Assembly: GCF_030028105.1 (NCBI RefSeq)
Contig: NC_092393.1
Span: forward strand, 36,309,248-36,373,247
Direction of reading: 5' to 3'
From: Mobula birostris
Lineage: Eukaryota
Length of the DNA: 64,000 bases
The notes under the pieces are model-generated. The model was not told where the DNA came from. It saw nothing but the letters and a program-made list of their open reading frames with translations, and ran no database searches. How positions within the stretch are numbered: the first letter of the stretch is position 1; each line of letters opens with the position of its first letter. The position numbers were made by a program, and so were the translations under genes. Positions 36,440 to 50,529 of this stretch are shown in pieces.

Positions 36440-36710
36440 TTTACAGCCTTTTACCTTTTCCAGTTATCACCTCCAAGCTTTTCACTTCCTCCTCTCTTCC
36501 TCCATCTAACTACCTTCCCCGTCACTTGGCTTCACCTATCACCTGCCAGCTTGTACCCTTCCCTCCCCCAACTTCTTATTCTATCTTGTGCCACTTTCCT
36601 TTCCAGTCCTGATGAAGGGTCTCAGCCCAAAACATTGCCTCTTTATTCCTCCCCGTGGATGCTGACTAACCTGTTGACTTCCTCTAGCGTCTTGTGTGTG
36701 TTACTATTAG
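36440..36710 (+). mobile_element. Penelope pseudo-LTR fragment with hammerhead remnant (36604-36640)
   Basis: cagtcctgatgaagggtctcagcccaaaacatt. Confidence 0.75.
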
Positions 36711-37689
36711 TTTTTCAGCTTTTGGAAAAGAGAGAAAAAACACAGAATCTCTTTGAAGGCTAAATTCAGTTTTGTCGATTTTATGTTAATAGCGCCGAGG
36801 AGCTGCATCGGCTAGGAAGTTTGCTGCCTCTTTTGACAGGAGGGGCTTTTTGAAGGGTTTTAAAATCATTTTAGGTTAAGAGCCACTCACTTTAATCAGC
36901 TGGAATGTATCAGCTTGAATGATAGCCACACTGATGGCTTCAATTATGTGCTGAATTGCAGCTACCAACATTTCAGTGGGGAAATCTGCAGAGGATAGCA
37001 CTTCAGAACAATTTCCTGATAAAGACAGAGCAGGCAGGAGTGCTGTATTAGTGGCTTTCCAGCACATAGATCGGGCAGGCTCCATATCATTTGAGAGACT
37101 AATACGGTTAAAGGATTGTTGTGATGCTATCAGGGAACAACAGGGCATGTTAGTCCCTGGTGCAGGGGAGGTACAGGCAGCCTTCTGGATTAAGGTTCAC
37201 TGGCACTGATAACATGACAATCCATGATGAATAACATCCAATAAGTGTTCAGCTTCCCATGGGTTTAAAGTGTATGCATGCTGGCTTCCTGCATCCCAAA
37301 GGCTAGCATAATGTTGAATAGCGAGCCCAGTAAAAATTCGCATTTTCTTTTGATTTATAATTTTTTTTTCCTGGTTTGCTGCAAATTTAAACAATCTTTA
37401 AAATGCACTTGTGTCAGCTTGTGCTCTCAAAATTACTGTTCCCTAAAATACAAGCAAGACTATTATGTTTCAAAGATTTTGGAAGCCATGTCACAGCAGA
37501 TGGATAATGAGCAGATAGCTTTCGACATGAGTCTGTAAATTTCAAATGTATTGACAACCAAAATGTCAGGATGAGCTGATGCAGGTTTTATGATCATGAG
37601 AGTCATCCATTAAATCTTTCAGCCAAACCACAGGAAATGAAACTTACTGTTTACAGCAGTCATCTATTAAAGAAGTAACCAGAGTTAAA

Positions 37690-38118
37690 AACAAATTGCT
37701 GGAGGAGCTTAGCAGATTGCCTGTTTGTGCTCCTCCAGCCTCTCGCTCCAACTTCAGCACCCCCCACCACTCTAAATGCCCTTTCTTTCCACCCCCCATC
37801 TGCTTCCTCCTATCACAACCTGCCTCTGTCTCCCGACTCCACCCCTCCCTCTTCCCCACCTGGCTCCTTCTACTTGTCATCCCTCACCCTTCTTGGTCCA
37901 TCGATCACCTTTGGTCCTCCATCTCATCCCTCTCCCTCTCCTCTTGAAACCTTCTCTCTTCCCTCCCTACTCTCAGTCCTGATGCAGATCTGATTCTCAA
38001 CACAAAACATGGACAATTCTTTCCCCCCTCCTGCTTCATGCTGCCCAACCTTGCTGGCTTCCTTCAGCGGTTTGTTTGTTGCTCCAGATTCCAGCATTCG
38101 CAGTCTCTTACGTCTCCA
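37690..38118 (+). mobile_element. Penelope pseudo-LTR fragment with a short inverted 5' segment
   Basis: Pyrimidine-rich body, cagtcctgatgcag, ends ccagattccagcattcgcagtctc; inverted ttgctggaggagcttagcag at ~37695. Confidence 0.65.
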
Positions 38119-38261
38119 AGGTTGACTTTGTTATGAATTATAATGCATTTGGGAAGGTGCAAAGTCAGGGAATTTACAAAACAAAGGAACATTTAATAAA
38201 AGGAAGAACAATGGTGCAGAGGAACTGAGGGATCTTGGAGCATTCCCACAGATCCTTAAGG

Positions 38262-39570
38262 GCCTAACACACTGACGCAGTCATGAAGAAGGCACATCAG
38301 CAGCCCTACTTGGTTAGGAATTAGACAAGATTCTTTATGTCACCAAAGACCCTGAGAAATTAGATGTATGGTGGAAGGTATTCTGATCGGTTACATCACA
38401 GGTGTCAAGATGGCACCAAGCGCAGTTTGCATCGAGATTGTGACTCAGGCTTAATTGTTGTTTTAAGTTCGTCTGGATGGTTTCAGGGACAAAAAGGGAG
38501 GTAGTAGGGATGGTGATGTGGAGAGTTAGAGGTCAGATTAGGGTTTAGGGAGAGGGATGTGGAGAAGTTAGAGGTTAGTCCTCCACCCCACATTCAACGT
38601 CCAGCTATGCAGATGTGTGACGAAGGACACCTCCGCCCGGTGCTCGAAGGCCAGCCACGTGAATGGGTGGTGAAGGATGTCTGGAGTCTATGCCTCCACT
38701 CCGCACTCGAAGGCCAACCAGGATCGGATGCCTGTGCAAACAGGAGGCACAAGGGCCAGTCAGTTGCTGCACCTGGAGCTCAATACCCCATGATCATCTA
38801 GATCAGGGGTTAATACCGAAGATCAGAGACTGAAGGTCAATCAGAAATCGAAGACTGATAGTTGGAGACTGGAGACTTTGGTCTGTCCTGCAGTTAGACC
38901 ACTGTCCGTGTGTTTGGATGGGTGGGAGAGAAGAAAAGGGCTTGCTTTGCTGTTGTTTGTTGTGTTCTGCTTTGATATGTTCTCTGTTGTTCTGCCAAGC
39001 ATCATGGGCATGCTAAGCTGTCGCCGGAACGTGTAAGACATTTGCAAGCTGCACATCCCTGAGTCGTTAACGCAAATGAAGCCTTTCACTGTGTGTTTTA
39101 ATGTACATGTGATAAATAAATCTGAACTGTAGCATAGAGGCTCCAATGCACCTGAAATCACAAGAGGCTGCAGAAGGTCGGATACTCAGGTAGCTCCATC
39201 ACAGGCACAACCTTCCTCACCTTTGCGGATATCTTCAACAAGCAATTCCTCAAGAAGGGCATATCCATCACTAAGGACTCTCACCATCAAGGACATGCCC
39301 TCTTCTTGTCACTCCCATCAGGGAGAAGGTACAGGAGACTGAAGACTCACATTCAACAATTCAGAAATAGTTCCTTTCCCCTCTGGCATCAGATTTCTGA
39401 ATGGTCCATAAACCCATGAACATTACCTCCTTATTCCTTATTTTGTACTATTTGTTTACTTATTTTTGTAATCTATACAATTTTATGTCATTGCTCTTTA
39501 CTGCTGTCACAAACTAACAATTTTCATGTCATCTAAGTCAGGGATAATAAATCTGATTCTGATTCTGAAA
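38262..39570 (+). mobile_element. Rex1-like LINE 3' portion with a nested non-autonomous element (38405-39128)
   Basis: KKAHQQPYLVR...ILIGYIT resumes at 39130 (HQGHALFLSLPSGRRYRRL); tail tctgattctgattctga; insert starts caagatggca and ends ataaataaatctgaact. Confidence 0.7.
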
Positions 39571-39734
39571 GGTAGTAATTCAGATCAATGAAGTTTTTAC
39601 ATGATGCCTGTTATTAGCTGAAGTATTGACAATTCAAGGGAGCAAGTAGTAGCAGGGACACCGTGCACATCACTTGCTACAGCTTGAGTTCCACGTGTAC
39701 TTCTGATCACTGTGTTACAGGGAAGACACAATTA

Positions 39735-40020
39735 GGGTGGCACGGTAGCATAATGGTTAGCACAATGCTTTACAGTACCAGTGACACAGGTTCAATTCCC
39801 AGTGGTGCCCGTAAGGAATTTGTGCATTTTCCCAGTGACCACAAGGGTTTCCTCCGAGTGCTCTGGTTTCCTTCCACAGTCCAAAGGTGTACCGGTTGGT
39901 AGGTTAATTGCTCATTGTAAATTGTCCTGTGATTAGGCTAGGGTGAAATCAAGGGATTGCTGGCAGCGCGGTTGTAGGGCTGGAAGGGCCTATTCTGTGA
40001 CATATCTCAATAAATAAAAA
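39735..40020 (+). mobile_element. V-SINE (HE1-like)
   Basis: A box ggtagcataatggttagc, B box ggttcaattccc, V-domain ttcctccgagtgctctggtttccttccacagtccaaag, AATAAATAAAA tail. Confidence 0.85.
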
Positions 40021-40179
40021 TACAAGAGAGGTTCTGAGATGATTTATGGACTGGTCCAGATGAAAGGCCCCAACCTGAAATGTTGACTGTCCGTTTCCCT
40101 CTACAAATGCTACCTGACACCTTGAGTTCTGCTAGTAATTTGTACAATTTTCCAGCATCTTCTGCCTTTTGTATTTTCA

Positions 40180-40620
40180 TTTATGAGAATCTGGCCAGAA
40201 ACTCGTAGCTTTGAGAAAAGGTTGTACAAGCTGAGATTTTTGGCTTTTGAACAGAGGAGGTGGAGAGAGTGTGTAAAAATATTAGGAGGAGCTTAGGATA
40301 AACCTGATTGTTCTATTTCTCTTAGTAAAACAGTGGACACAGATTTAAAATATTTGGTAACTGGATTCGAGGGGAAATAACAAAAATGATCATCATGTGG
40401 AGGGTGAGTTGGATTTGGAATTCACTGTCTAAAAGGGTGAGAGAAGAAAGAAAGGTCATTGTACATAAAAAGTAGTTGGAAGGGCAGTTGGAAAGCCAAC
40501 ATCTGTGGGGATGTGGAGCAAAAACAGGAAGGTAGGGTAAGGTTACTTTTCTACCAGTAATGACTTCTTGTGTCAAATAACCTCACTCTGTGTCATAAAT
40601 TTGTCTATGATTCTGTTCTA
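40180..40620 (+). mobile_element. Old CR1 3' fragment
   Basis: ttttgaacagaggagg...ttggaattcactgtct...ctctgtgtcataaatttgtctatgattct. Confidence 0.6.
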
Positions 40621-41559
40621 CTTAAATTTGAAGAGTAATATGCATAAGGGTCCAAAGTTTACTGTCACAACTTTGAGGCAAGTGTTGTTCACCATTTGTA
40701 TACCTCAACAATGACAGGCAAAGGCAGAATGCAAAATGCAAAAAAAAAAATTACTGTCATAGGTTTGCCACTCTAGCGTTTAGCTTTGTGAATGCAGGTC
40801 ACCATTTACAGGGCAGCAAGAAGTTCCTGTACTTGCACTGTGCATTCAAAGCAAACTCAACATGGAAAGTTAAGACAAGTTGAGTCACTTCAGCTGAGTT
40901 ACCTGTATAATGACATGATAATTATTAATTCAATGCTTCTGACACCATGTGTTAACTGTTACAAAATGGGAGTCACATTTCTTTGACTTTAAGTTTATCG
41001 GAGATGTTAAATGCTTTGCTTAAATTTTACCTCATGGTTTATTTTTCTCATTCTTGTTATGCTCACTTTACCTCCCTGAGTTAATGTTGAATTTCCCTGT
41101 TCTACCTGGCATTTCCTCCTCAGACTTTCACAGTTAAATTCAAAGTTCAAAGTAAGTTTATTATTAAATTACATATATGTCACCGTAGACAACCCTGAGA
41201 TTCATTTTCTAGCTGCGATCACAATAGATACAAGAAACACAATAGGACTAATGAAAGACTGCACTCAACAGGATGGGCAACAACCAATATGCAAAAAAAA
41301 ACATACTGTGAAAATACAAAAAGAAAAAGAGAAAAAAGGAAAATAATAACAATAATAAATAGCAATAAATATCGAGAACATGAGATGAAGAGTCCCTGAA
41401 AGTGGAAACAGTTCAATGATGGGGCAATTGAAATTGAGTGAAGTTCGATCACATAATCCTTCAATTTGATTGAATTGGGAGGTGCAGTTACTTACCCTGT
41501 TCATCCAGGTCAAAAATACCCCAATTCTACTCTGTAGTGACATTAAATATCATCAATGT

Positions 41560-42142
41560 TAAATAAACAAGTCCAATAAACAGTGTTCAACCTTCCTTTG
41601 GAGTATTGTGTTTAGTTCTAGTCACCTCATTTCAGGCAGGATGTGGAAGCTTTAGAGAGGGTGCAGAGTAGAGTTACCTGGTTGCTGCCTTGATTGGAGA
41701 GCATGTCCTGTGAGGAAAGGTTGAGCAAGCTAGGGCTGTTCTCTTTGGAGTGAGGCGGGGGATGATAAATGACATGATAGAGGTGCTAAGTCATTAAGAG
41801 GCATACATAAGTTGTTAAGAGGCATAGATAGGATGGACAGCCAGCGCCTTTTTGCTAGGGTGGCAATGGCTAATATGAGAGGGCATAATTTTAAGGTGGT
41901 TGGATGAAAGTTGGGGGGGGCATCAGAATTAGTTTTTTTTACATAGAGAGTGGTAGGTGTGTGGAATGCACTGCCAGGGGTGGTAGTTGAGGTAGATACA
42001 TATTTAAGAGACTCTTAGACAGGTACGTGGATGAAAGAAAAATGGAGGGCTATGTGGGAGGGAATAGTTAGATTGATCTTGGAGTAGATTAACAGGTCAG
42101 CACAGCAATGTGGACTGAAAGACCCATACTGTGCTGCACTAT
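41560..42142 (+). mobile_element. CR1 3' fragment
   Basis: ttggagtattgtgtttagttctagtcacc...gagagtggtaggtgtgtggaatgcactgcc. Confidence 0.8.
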
Positions 42143-44128
42143 TCAAAGTTCAATGTAAGTTTATTATAAAAATATATATGTCACCATTTACTACCCTGAG
42201 ATTCACTTCCGTACAGACATTCACAGTAAGTACAAGAAACACAATAGAATCAATGAAAGACTGCCCCCAACAGGGTGGACAAACGACCATTGTGCAAATA
42301 CAATCAGAATCAGATTTAATATCACCAGCAAATTAGATTAGATTAGATTAGGAGGACACTCAGTCCACGTTTATTGTCATTTAGAAATGCATGCATTAAG
42401 AAATGATACAATGTTCCTCCAGTATGATATCACAGAAACACAGGACAGACCAAGATGAAAACTAACAAAAACCACATAATTATAACATATAGTTACAACA
42501 GTGCAAAGCAATACTGTAATTTGATAAAGAGCAGACCATGGGCACAGTAAAAAAAAAGTCTCCAAGTCCCGATAGCCCATCGTCTCACGTAGACGGTAGA
42601 AGGAGAAACTCTCCCTGCCATAAACCTCCAGCGCCGCAAACTTGCCGATGCAGCACCATTGGAAGCACCCGACCACAGCCGACTCTGAGTCTGTCCGAAA
42701 ACTTTGAGCCTCCGACATCAAGCACTGACCATCATCTCTGCCGAGCGCTTCGACCCCGCCCTGGCCGCCGAGCAACAAGCAAAGCCGAGGACTCGGGGCC
42801 TTCCCCTCCAGAGATTCTGGATCACACAGTAGCAGTGGTAGCAAAGCAGGCATTACAGAAGTTTCACCAGATATTCTTCAGTGCTCTCACGTCCGTCTCC
42901 ATCAAATCAGGATTGTGCATGGCATCCTACTTGACAGATAACGGATATTCATCACCCGAGTGGCCACTGCGCACTGCGTCGAGCTACCATCTTCTCTTCT
43001 CCGTGAAATGCCATGAAATTTGTTAACTTAGCAGCAGCAGTACAATGCAATACATGATAATATAGAAAAATATAATAATAATAAAGAAATTAGCAATAAA
43101 TTCCAAGAAGCTGAGATGAAAAGTCCTTGAAAGTGAGTCCATAGGTTGTGAGAACAGTTCAGCAATGGGGTGGGTGAAGTAGAGTAAAGTTATCCCTCTG
43201 GTTCAAGAGCCTGATGATTGAGGGGTAGTAACTGTTCCTGAACCCGGTGGTGTGGAGCTAAGGCTCCTGTACCTGCTTCTTGATGGTAGCAGTGAGAAGA
43301 AAGCATGGTCTGGATGATGGGGGTCCTTGATAATGGATGCTGCTTTGGTATGACAACGTTCCATGTAGATGTACTCAATGGTGGAGAAGGCTATACCTGT
43401 GATGTACTGGGCCATATCCACTACTTTTTGTAGGATATTCCATTCAAGAATATTGGTGTTTCCATATCAGGCTGTGATGCAGCCAGTCAATATACTCTCT
43501 ACCACACATCTATAGAAGTTCGATAAAGTTTTTGATGACATTCTGAATCTTCACAAACTTCTAAGAAAGCAGAGGTGCTGGCGTGCTTTCTTTGTAATAG
43601 CACTTATATACTGGGCCTAGGACAGATCGCCAGGAATGATAACACCGAGGAATTTAAAGTTGCTGACCTTCTCCACTTCTGATCCTCAATGAGGACTGGC
43701 TTGTGGACCTCCGGTTTCCTTCCCCTGCAGTCAGTAATCAGCTCCTTGGTCATACTGATGTTGAGTGAGAGGTTGTTGTTGTGGCACCACTCAGCCAGAT
43801 TTCCAATCTCTCTCCTATACCGTGATTCATCACCACTTTTGATTCAGCCAAACAGAGTCGTATCATCAGCAAACTTAAATATGTCATTGGAGTTGCGCTT
43901 AGATTCACAGTCATAAGCATAAAGTGAGTAGAGCAGGAGGATATGCACACAGCCTCGTGGTGCACCTGTGCTGATGGATATTGTGGAGGAGACATTGTTG
44001 CCAATCCAAACTGACTGGAATCTGCAAGTGAGGAAATTGAGGATCCAATTGCACAAAGAGGTATTGAGGCGAAGGTCTTGAAGTTTATTGATTAGTTTTG
44101 AGGGGATGATAATATTGAATGCTGAGCA
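42143..44128 (-). mobile_element. Rex1/Babar LINE 3' half with two nested insertions (42303-43080 region)
   Basis: [11 protein letters not shown]...[10 protein letters not shown]...GAPRGCV..LLYSLY...KFADDTT (43844..44149); DPHHPDHAFFSLLPS. Confidence 0.8.
42332..43004 (-). mobile_element. Young non-autonomous LINE-dependent element with (TCTAA)n tail, CpG-rich
   Basis: attagattagattagattag tail; 5' end gagaagatggtagctcgacgc; splits the aatcagaatcagatttaatatcaccagca|tgccatgaaatttg Rex-type tail. Confidence 0.6.
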
Positions 44129-46154
44129 CCCTGATATATGCATCTTCATTGTTCTATGTTCTTAAATTTACTGGAGCAATTTTTGTCCAATACTCATAAT
44201 TAAATTTTCCACTCTACCTAGCTTTTGACTAATTTATTATGCGTCAATCTATGAACAGACTGAACAACAAAAAGAACCAAATGCTAGAATTCTGAATTGA
44301 AAATAGAAAATGCTGGAAATACCCACAAATCCGGCAGCATCTGTGGAAAGAAAAATGAAGTTAACAATTCATATCAATGACCATTGGAATGGTTCTCAGC
44401 AGTCAGCAAATCATTTGACAAAATTTTCCCATCTTAGGTGTTTTAATTGGTTATTTCCCAAGTCTATGAATGGACCATACAGTCAGTTCTAAGCAGGTAT
44501 GATTAAGCCTTTAAATACACCTCTTGCTACGATGACCAGTCAGCTTGCTCTCAGTAATTGTGGGGTTTACCATGTTGAATCTGGAGATTAACTATTAGCC
44601 GGCGAACTCCAGTAATGACATTAACCATTTCAGCCAGCTTTGGCTAGTACTCCAAGGGAATGAACAAACTGGATGAAATTCAATTAAGTTTCAGTGAAAT
44701 GAAGCTGGTAAAATAGTTTGCTGGAATCCCTCGCTTCTAAATGAATTATTGATTGTTAAATAACATTTCAGTCAGTCTATATTAACCATAAAATGTCTGC
44801 CATCCATTATGGTTCTGGATGTCTGTTCTTTGAGAAGGAAGAGCTTATAACAAAAGCCATTGCTTGCATCATTACTGCTGAAAAAATAAATATAACATGC
44901 CCTAGGCACATTGAAGAACAGATTTGGAGGCACATCCTCCTTGGTTCAGCAGGCTCTGCCCGATTCAAGTTTATAATCAAAGCAGCCTTGTGACAGTATA
45001 ACACAGTTTTCTTTGCGATGCTTGCAATGTGAAGCTAAATTAATATTGGTTACTTTAAAAAAAAACTTTATTTTAATCATTTCAATTTTTCAAAAAAAAT
45101 GTCACATCGAATCCCTAAACGCTTACGGCTGCATTAACCTTGCAAGATCCCACCCAGAATAAACCAGAAGTGACGCAGACCTGGCATTGTGATCCGCCTA
45201 CACATCTGTAGCAGCTGGTCAGCTCAATCATTTAAAATAATATGCAAAAAGATGTACAGCCAGTATTTTTGCATAATTCTGTCTCTCCACTGTTCTACTA
45301 GTTCCCTCTAGGCCGTCACAAAGCATTAGTACCAGTTCAGGACATTGAGGGGAAGAAAGGAATGGGTTGAAAGACATCTACAACTGCAATTTTCAAACTA
45401 CCTGTGATATTTAATTGGCAATGCTCCCAGCAGAATCATTAAAATACTAGTTTTACCAGAAAACAAACAACCAAATAGGTAAAAAAAATATATATCTTGT
45501 TATAAGGTGTTTAAATTCTTTGAAGTGGAGTTATGGTTCTCTCTTGGAAGTGATGGTTTAAACCTCCACAACACTGGCAGGGAACAGCGACTGAGAGCAA
45601 CTTCTTAAATTTGTTTCATACCTGGCCCAACTCAGAGAAACAGAAGGAATAAGTTACTCCGGCTGACTGTGCTGGTGAAGCCCTGCCTCTGTACTTGACA
45701 GCCATGAAAGCTCCTGTACTCTAAAATCAAAGAAAATTCATGTGTTGTTACATGTGGAATGCCTGGCTGTGGCATATTAATTATATACACAGTACATGTA
45801 CTTAATAATTATATACGATGTATTTCAGCTGTGGCTCTAGTCAGTGGCTTAGAAAGTTGTGAATCTGATTCCTAGTTTGCCTCTTGAACAAGAAAGCAAG
45901 GTTGGATTTATAATCCAAGGTACTCTTCTTTGGTTGATTTCACAACATAAAAGTACTGGCCATTTTAATCAGATACACCAAAAGAGATCATTCAGCCCTT
46001 TGTGTTGTGCTGGTCCTCAAAAAATCAATAGCAGTGAAAAAAATTGGTATCAGGAGTTATACTCCAAAACACCTTACAGCACTTCTGAGAGCAGAGCAAG
46101 TGTTGCTTGAATGGAAATCATTTTCTTTTAATGGATATAGGGTCAGTGCAAATC

Positions 46155-46310
46155 AAAACCAAGAGATTCCACAGCTGCTGGAAATCGAGAGGAACACACG
46201 ATGAACCTATGATAAAGGGTATCGGCCCAAAACGTAGACTGTTTAATCCTCTCCATAGGTGCAAACTGGCCTGCTGAGTTCCTCCAGCATTTTGTGTGTG
46301 TTGCGCTGGG
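46155..46310 (+). mobile_element. Inverted Penelope pLTR fragments with hammerhead remnant
   Basis: tgataaagggtatcggcccaaaacgtagactg...ctgctgagttcctccagcattttgtgtgtgttgc. Confidence 0.7.
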
Positions 46311-46674
46311 ATCATGCAATTCCAGTCCTTGATACAATTATGTGCAGATTTCACCGTCTTTCAGGCAAAGCTGAAATGTTTAGTGAACCTGTTAGTTGGG
46401 ACTGAAAATAATACATAAAGTCGTTAAAAGAAGATCAAAAACCCCCTCTGTTCTTTGGTTTGGATTATTTATCTGTACCAGTTTCAACAACCACTTTGTG
46501 ATAAATTACAACAATGCCTTTGAAATAAAAAGAAAATAAAAGAAGGATCTGGAAAGGAAGGAGGAGAATAGGGACTATCATCCTCCTCCTCTTCCAGAGC
46601 AATATAACATACGCAGGTCTGAATAGCCACTTCTATGCACTGAGAGTTTATAATTCTATTTATTTTCATTAATG

Positions 46675-47072
46675 GGGATATGATAGTGTTATGGTAAAGT
46701 TATTGGGCTAGTATTCAGATACCTGGACTACTGATGCAGAGATTTATCATAGAATCATAGAATGGTTACAGCACAGAAGGAAACCATTTGGCCAACAATG
46801 TCTGTGCCAGCTGTCCACCAGATTAGTGATGGTAGTCATGAAACAGGCAGATTATCACAAATATCAGGTTCACTAATGTACTCCAGGGAAGGGATGTCCT
46901 TTCTAGGGAAGAAGATCTTCCATCTTTATTCCCAGGGTATACAAGCTCCCAGTCCCTATAATGTAGTTGACTCTGACTTGCCCTCGGATATGACCTATCA
47001 AGCGTCAAGTTCAACATGGCAATTAGAGCAGGGTGATAAATACTGATGATGCCAGCAACACCTACATTCTCT
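46675..47072 (+). mobile_element. Decayed tRNA-derived elasmobranch SINE
   Basis: ggttcactaatgt...agggaag...tgtagttgactctgacttgccctc...gcaattagagcagggtgataaatactg. Confidence 0.5.
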
Positions 47073-49834
47073 GTCAATCGAGGCAGACTGTGCTGTTTCC
47101 TTGCCTCACTTGCTGCAGGCATTTATCTTATTTTAGCATCTGCAAACTTACCAACCACTCACAATTATTCTGAACCGCTTGAATGTAAAGCTTTCTCTCC
47201 AATTCAAATTTATAAATGTCTCGACCAGATTTCCAACAGTTGCCACATCCTGGGAAAAAGAGTTAAAAATTGTGCTCTGCCAGAAAGTGAATGGATTAAT
47301 CACAATGAGCAAACATATGTTAAAAAGTGCAAGGGGAAACCCTCAACTTTTGAGGTGCAAATGGCTCGGAAATCCACTCCATCCAGTTTTTAACCAGATA
47401 GCATAGATATTAGATGGCATGGCATCTTTTTTTTTTGTAATGCATGATATAATTTGTATGAAATAGAAAACGTGAACAAAAATCTGGTATTTATACCAGA
47501 GTTTTGCACTGGATTCTTCTTCTTTGTATCTCACACACAATGCATGGAGAACTTTGGATATTCCCATATTGACCTCAAATGACCATCAGTGCAAATCCTG
47601 TTGTCACCTCCAGGATTTGTTTTGAAGTGACCTGCCATTTCTACAACCCTCTGCTGAGGTTGAGTCTGTATGACTTGAAGGGGATTCTGCTTTCTCAATA
47701 GTCCAGCTGTGGGATCCCAAGTCAAGTTGGACCATTTAGTATTTTATGTATTGGCTCTTCTTCAGATTCTCCCATCATATTACCCGTACTCTATTGTACT
47801 AGCTCCAACTCCCACAAGCTAATGATCCCATTCACCGAGTTCCTTACTGATTCACTGATTAATGTACTAGAACCACCCCCACTATCTTCCAACCTACCAC
47901 TCTCCTGAAATGGCACATTCCTTCACACACTAACCATCCAACCAGACCCTTCTGGGTGACCGCCTGACCCTAACCCTCTGCAACACTTCTCACCCAATCA
48001 GATTTCCCTCTGCACCACTCAAGTGTCTCCTGACCTGACCAACCCCATATCCTCAGCCAGGGTTAGTGGCCTCCTCACCAGCACAATCAACATCCCCAGA
48101 CATCAGACTTTGCCTTGACATGTTTCTTAATCCAAAACATTTGCCCATCCATCTTCAGATGATTCAAACCAAATGGCTAGTCAAGATTTACCTAGTTTTC
48201 ATCATCATAAGTTGACCAATGTGGGGAAGATACAGAAAACCTCAGGTGCCTTTGAATAGCCAATTGGCAGATTCACATGAAAGAAAGGTGTTGGGGCACT
48301 GCAGAGTAACTGTTAACTTGTCTCTGCCAATGTTGTGGAAGTACTAAAGTGGTTTGTTTTTAAAAAAAACACACTGGTTAGCAACAATTAGGAATATATT
48401 TCTCACAACTAATGATGCTTTCTCAGTATTTAACCTACTGGAAGTGGAAATGTTCAGGGCACAAACGCATACATTTGAGTTGTTCTCTGATCTTGAGAAT
48501 GTACTTGCAAACACTTCATCACCATGCAAGGAGATATCACAGTGTGCTGTTGATTGTGATATGTCTTCTGAATAATCGGGAGGACACACCAGAATCAACA
48601 ATGCACTGACAATGTCACCTCACATGGTAACGAAACGTTTGCAAGTAAATTCCCAAGATTGGAGAACAACTCAACTACATCAACTACCTGAGCCTCACAT
48701 CTTCTGAATTATTTCCGACACATACATTTCCCCAGATGGCTGGATGCAGTGCTCAGCAGGAGCACAAAGTGTGCTGTCTTAGTGAAGAGGAGTGTAAACC
48801 TGTATAATGACACCTTCAGAGATTTTCAAAAGAAATGTAGCACACAAAAAAACTAAAATTACTTCATAAAATGCTTGAGAACAATTATTAGTGATGGTAA
48901 TTAAGTTATCTCTGATGTTATGCAGTTCTAAATCTTTGACTTGAAATGTTACCCTATCTACTAAGCTAACTAGGGCCTGTATTTGTCCTCCTGTTGCTTC
49001 CTCTACCCATACAGAAGACAGATGTCCTCTCAGTACACGCCAGAGGACAAATAAATAGTTCATTAATCGAGTGACCTGGTCTCCAGCAGACATTGGGTTA
49101 ACTCCAGACTTAATACTCTATTTATTGTGCAAATTGGATGGTTAGATGAAGAAGAATTGGCTCAATAAGGCATATTTATTGATATCTGAGAAGGTAATGT
49201 TTAATTGGAGCCTGTTATTCACCTCTTAAAAGTTAACCTTTCAATTTGTTAAAAAAAAACAGGTGACATTTCATTAATGTTTCAACCTTTTGCATTCCTG
49301 TTACGAGTGAAGGAATGGAATATGGCCTTATTTGTATTCTGTGTGAACAGGAAACAGAGCCACAGAATTGGTCCTGAACCCAAGAAGGTCCATGCTCAGC
49401 TCACCTCAAATGTAAAGACCCAAGACACATTTCCATATTAATCAGAGTATTCTTACCCTAGTTTACAAATTTTTTAAAAAGTCTTACGCCAAAATGAGCC
49501 TGATCTTCAGTGGGTTGCCACATTTTTGTTTTGAATTAATATTTGGTCCTGACATAGCCATTAGGCCCACGGTAGACTCAACATTCCTCATGCTTACATG
49601 AGTCAGGGCCCAAGGCACTCAGAATCATTGGTGGTGGCTGAGTCAATGATAGTACTCATAAACATTTGTATTCTATTCCTAGTTCATGAGGGAAAAGTTT
49701 ATATCTTGATATACATAGGAAAATGTTGCAAGATCCTGTCCCAAACATTATACAAGTAATTTAAAAAGGTTACCAATCAGTGGCAAGCTGGAACAATCAT
49801 AGATCTTCACCAGTTGTTTACTTATTGTAATTCG

Positions 49835-50230
49835 TCATTATTATTATGTGCCATGATGTATGACGTGGGCAATCGTGATCTTTGACTATCATTGTTCATG
49901 GCAAAATTTTCAACAGAAGTGGTTTGCCATTGCCTTCTTCTAGGCAGTGTCTTTTCAAGGAAGGTGACCCCCATCCGTTATCAATATTCTTCGGAGTTTG
50001 TCTGCCTGGCGTCAGTGGTTGCATAGCCGGGACTTGTGACGTGCACCAGCTGTTCATACGACCATCCAGTGCCTGCGACCATGGCTTTACGTGACCCTGA
50101 TCGGACAGGGGGGAGGGTTGCTAAGCCAATGCTACACCTTGTCCGAAAGTGTCCTGCAGGCTCGCGGAGGGAAGGAAGGCCCACCTTACATCTCCTTTGG
50201 TAGAGACGTATCTCCACCCCTTCTCCCAAT
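49835..50230. mobile_element. RTE-associated SINE-like repeat
   Basis: cagaagtggtttgccattgccttcttc motif typical of RTE/BovB-linked SINEs; (ATT)n end. Confidence 0.45.
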
Positions 50231-50529
50231 TAATTATTGTAACTGTTGTATATTAAGTTGTAAGTAGGATGCTAGTGAGAGAAAGCGAGTTAGGGTGCCT
50301 GAGGGAGAAAGGGGAACATAGATATTTTATAGGATAATATGAAATAATGAGAAAGAAGGCTTATTTCATTGTCAGTTTGACAGTCTATCTGCTGTAAATT
50401 CTACATTAGTTGGTATTGTAAGTGTGTGTAGACAAACTGCATTTGAGTTATAACCATATTTTGCTAATATATGTTGAGAGGTCCCACTGTATGCATATTA
50501 CCTTGTAGGCTGGCCTACCTGAAGGTTAG

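Noticed and set aside
39735-39810. tRNA gene
   Set aside because: A/B boxes run into the V-SINE body with no complete cloverleaf; this is a SINE head.
42377-43026. 158-aa and 162-aa overlapping ORFs
   Set aside because: They lie within a GC-rich non-autonomous repeat and show no recognisable domain.
47540-48780. Possible very old LINE RT remnants (YSKA-like on the minus strand at ~48250)
   Set aside because: Too degraded to assign a family or boundaries by eye.
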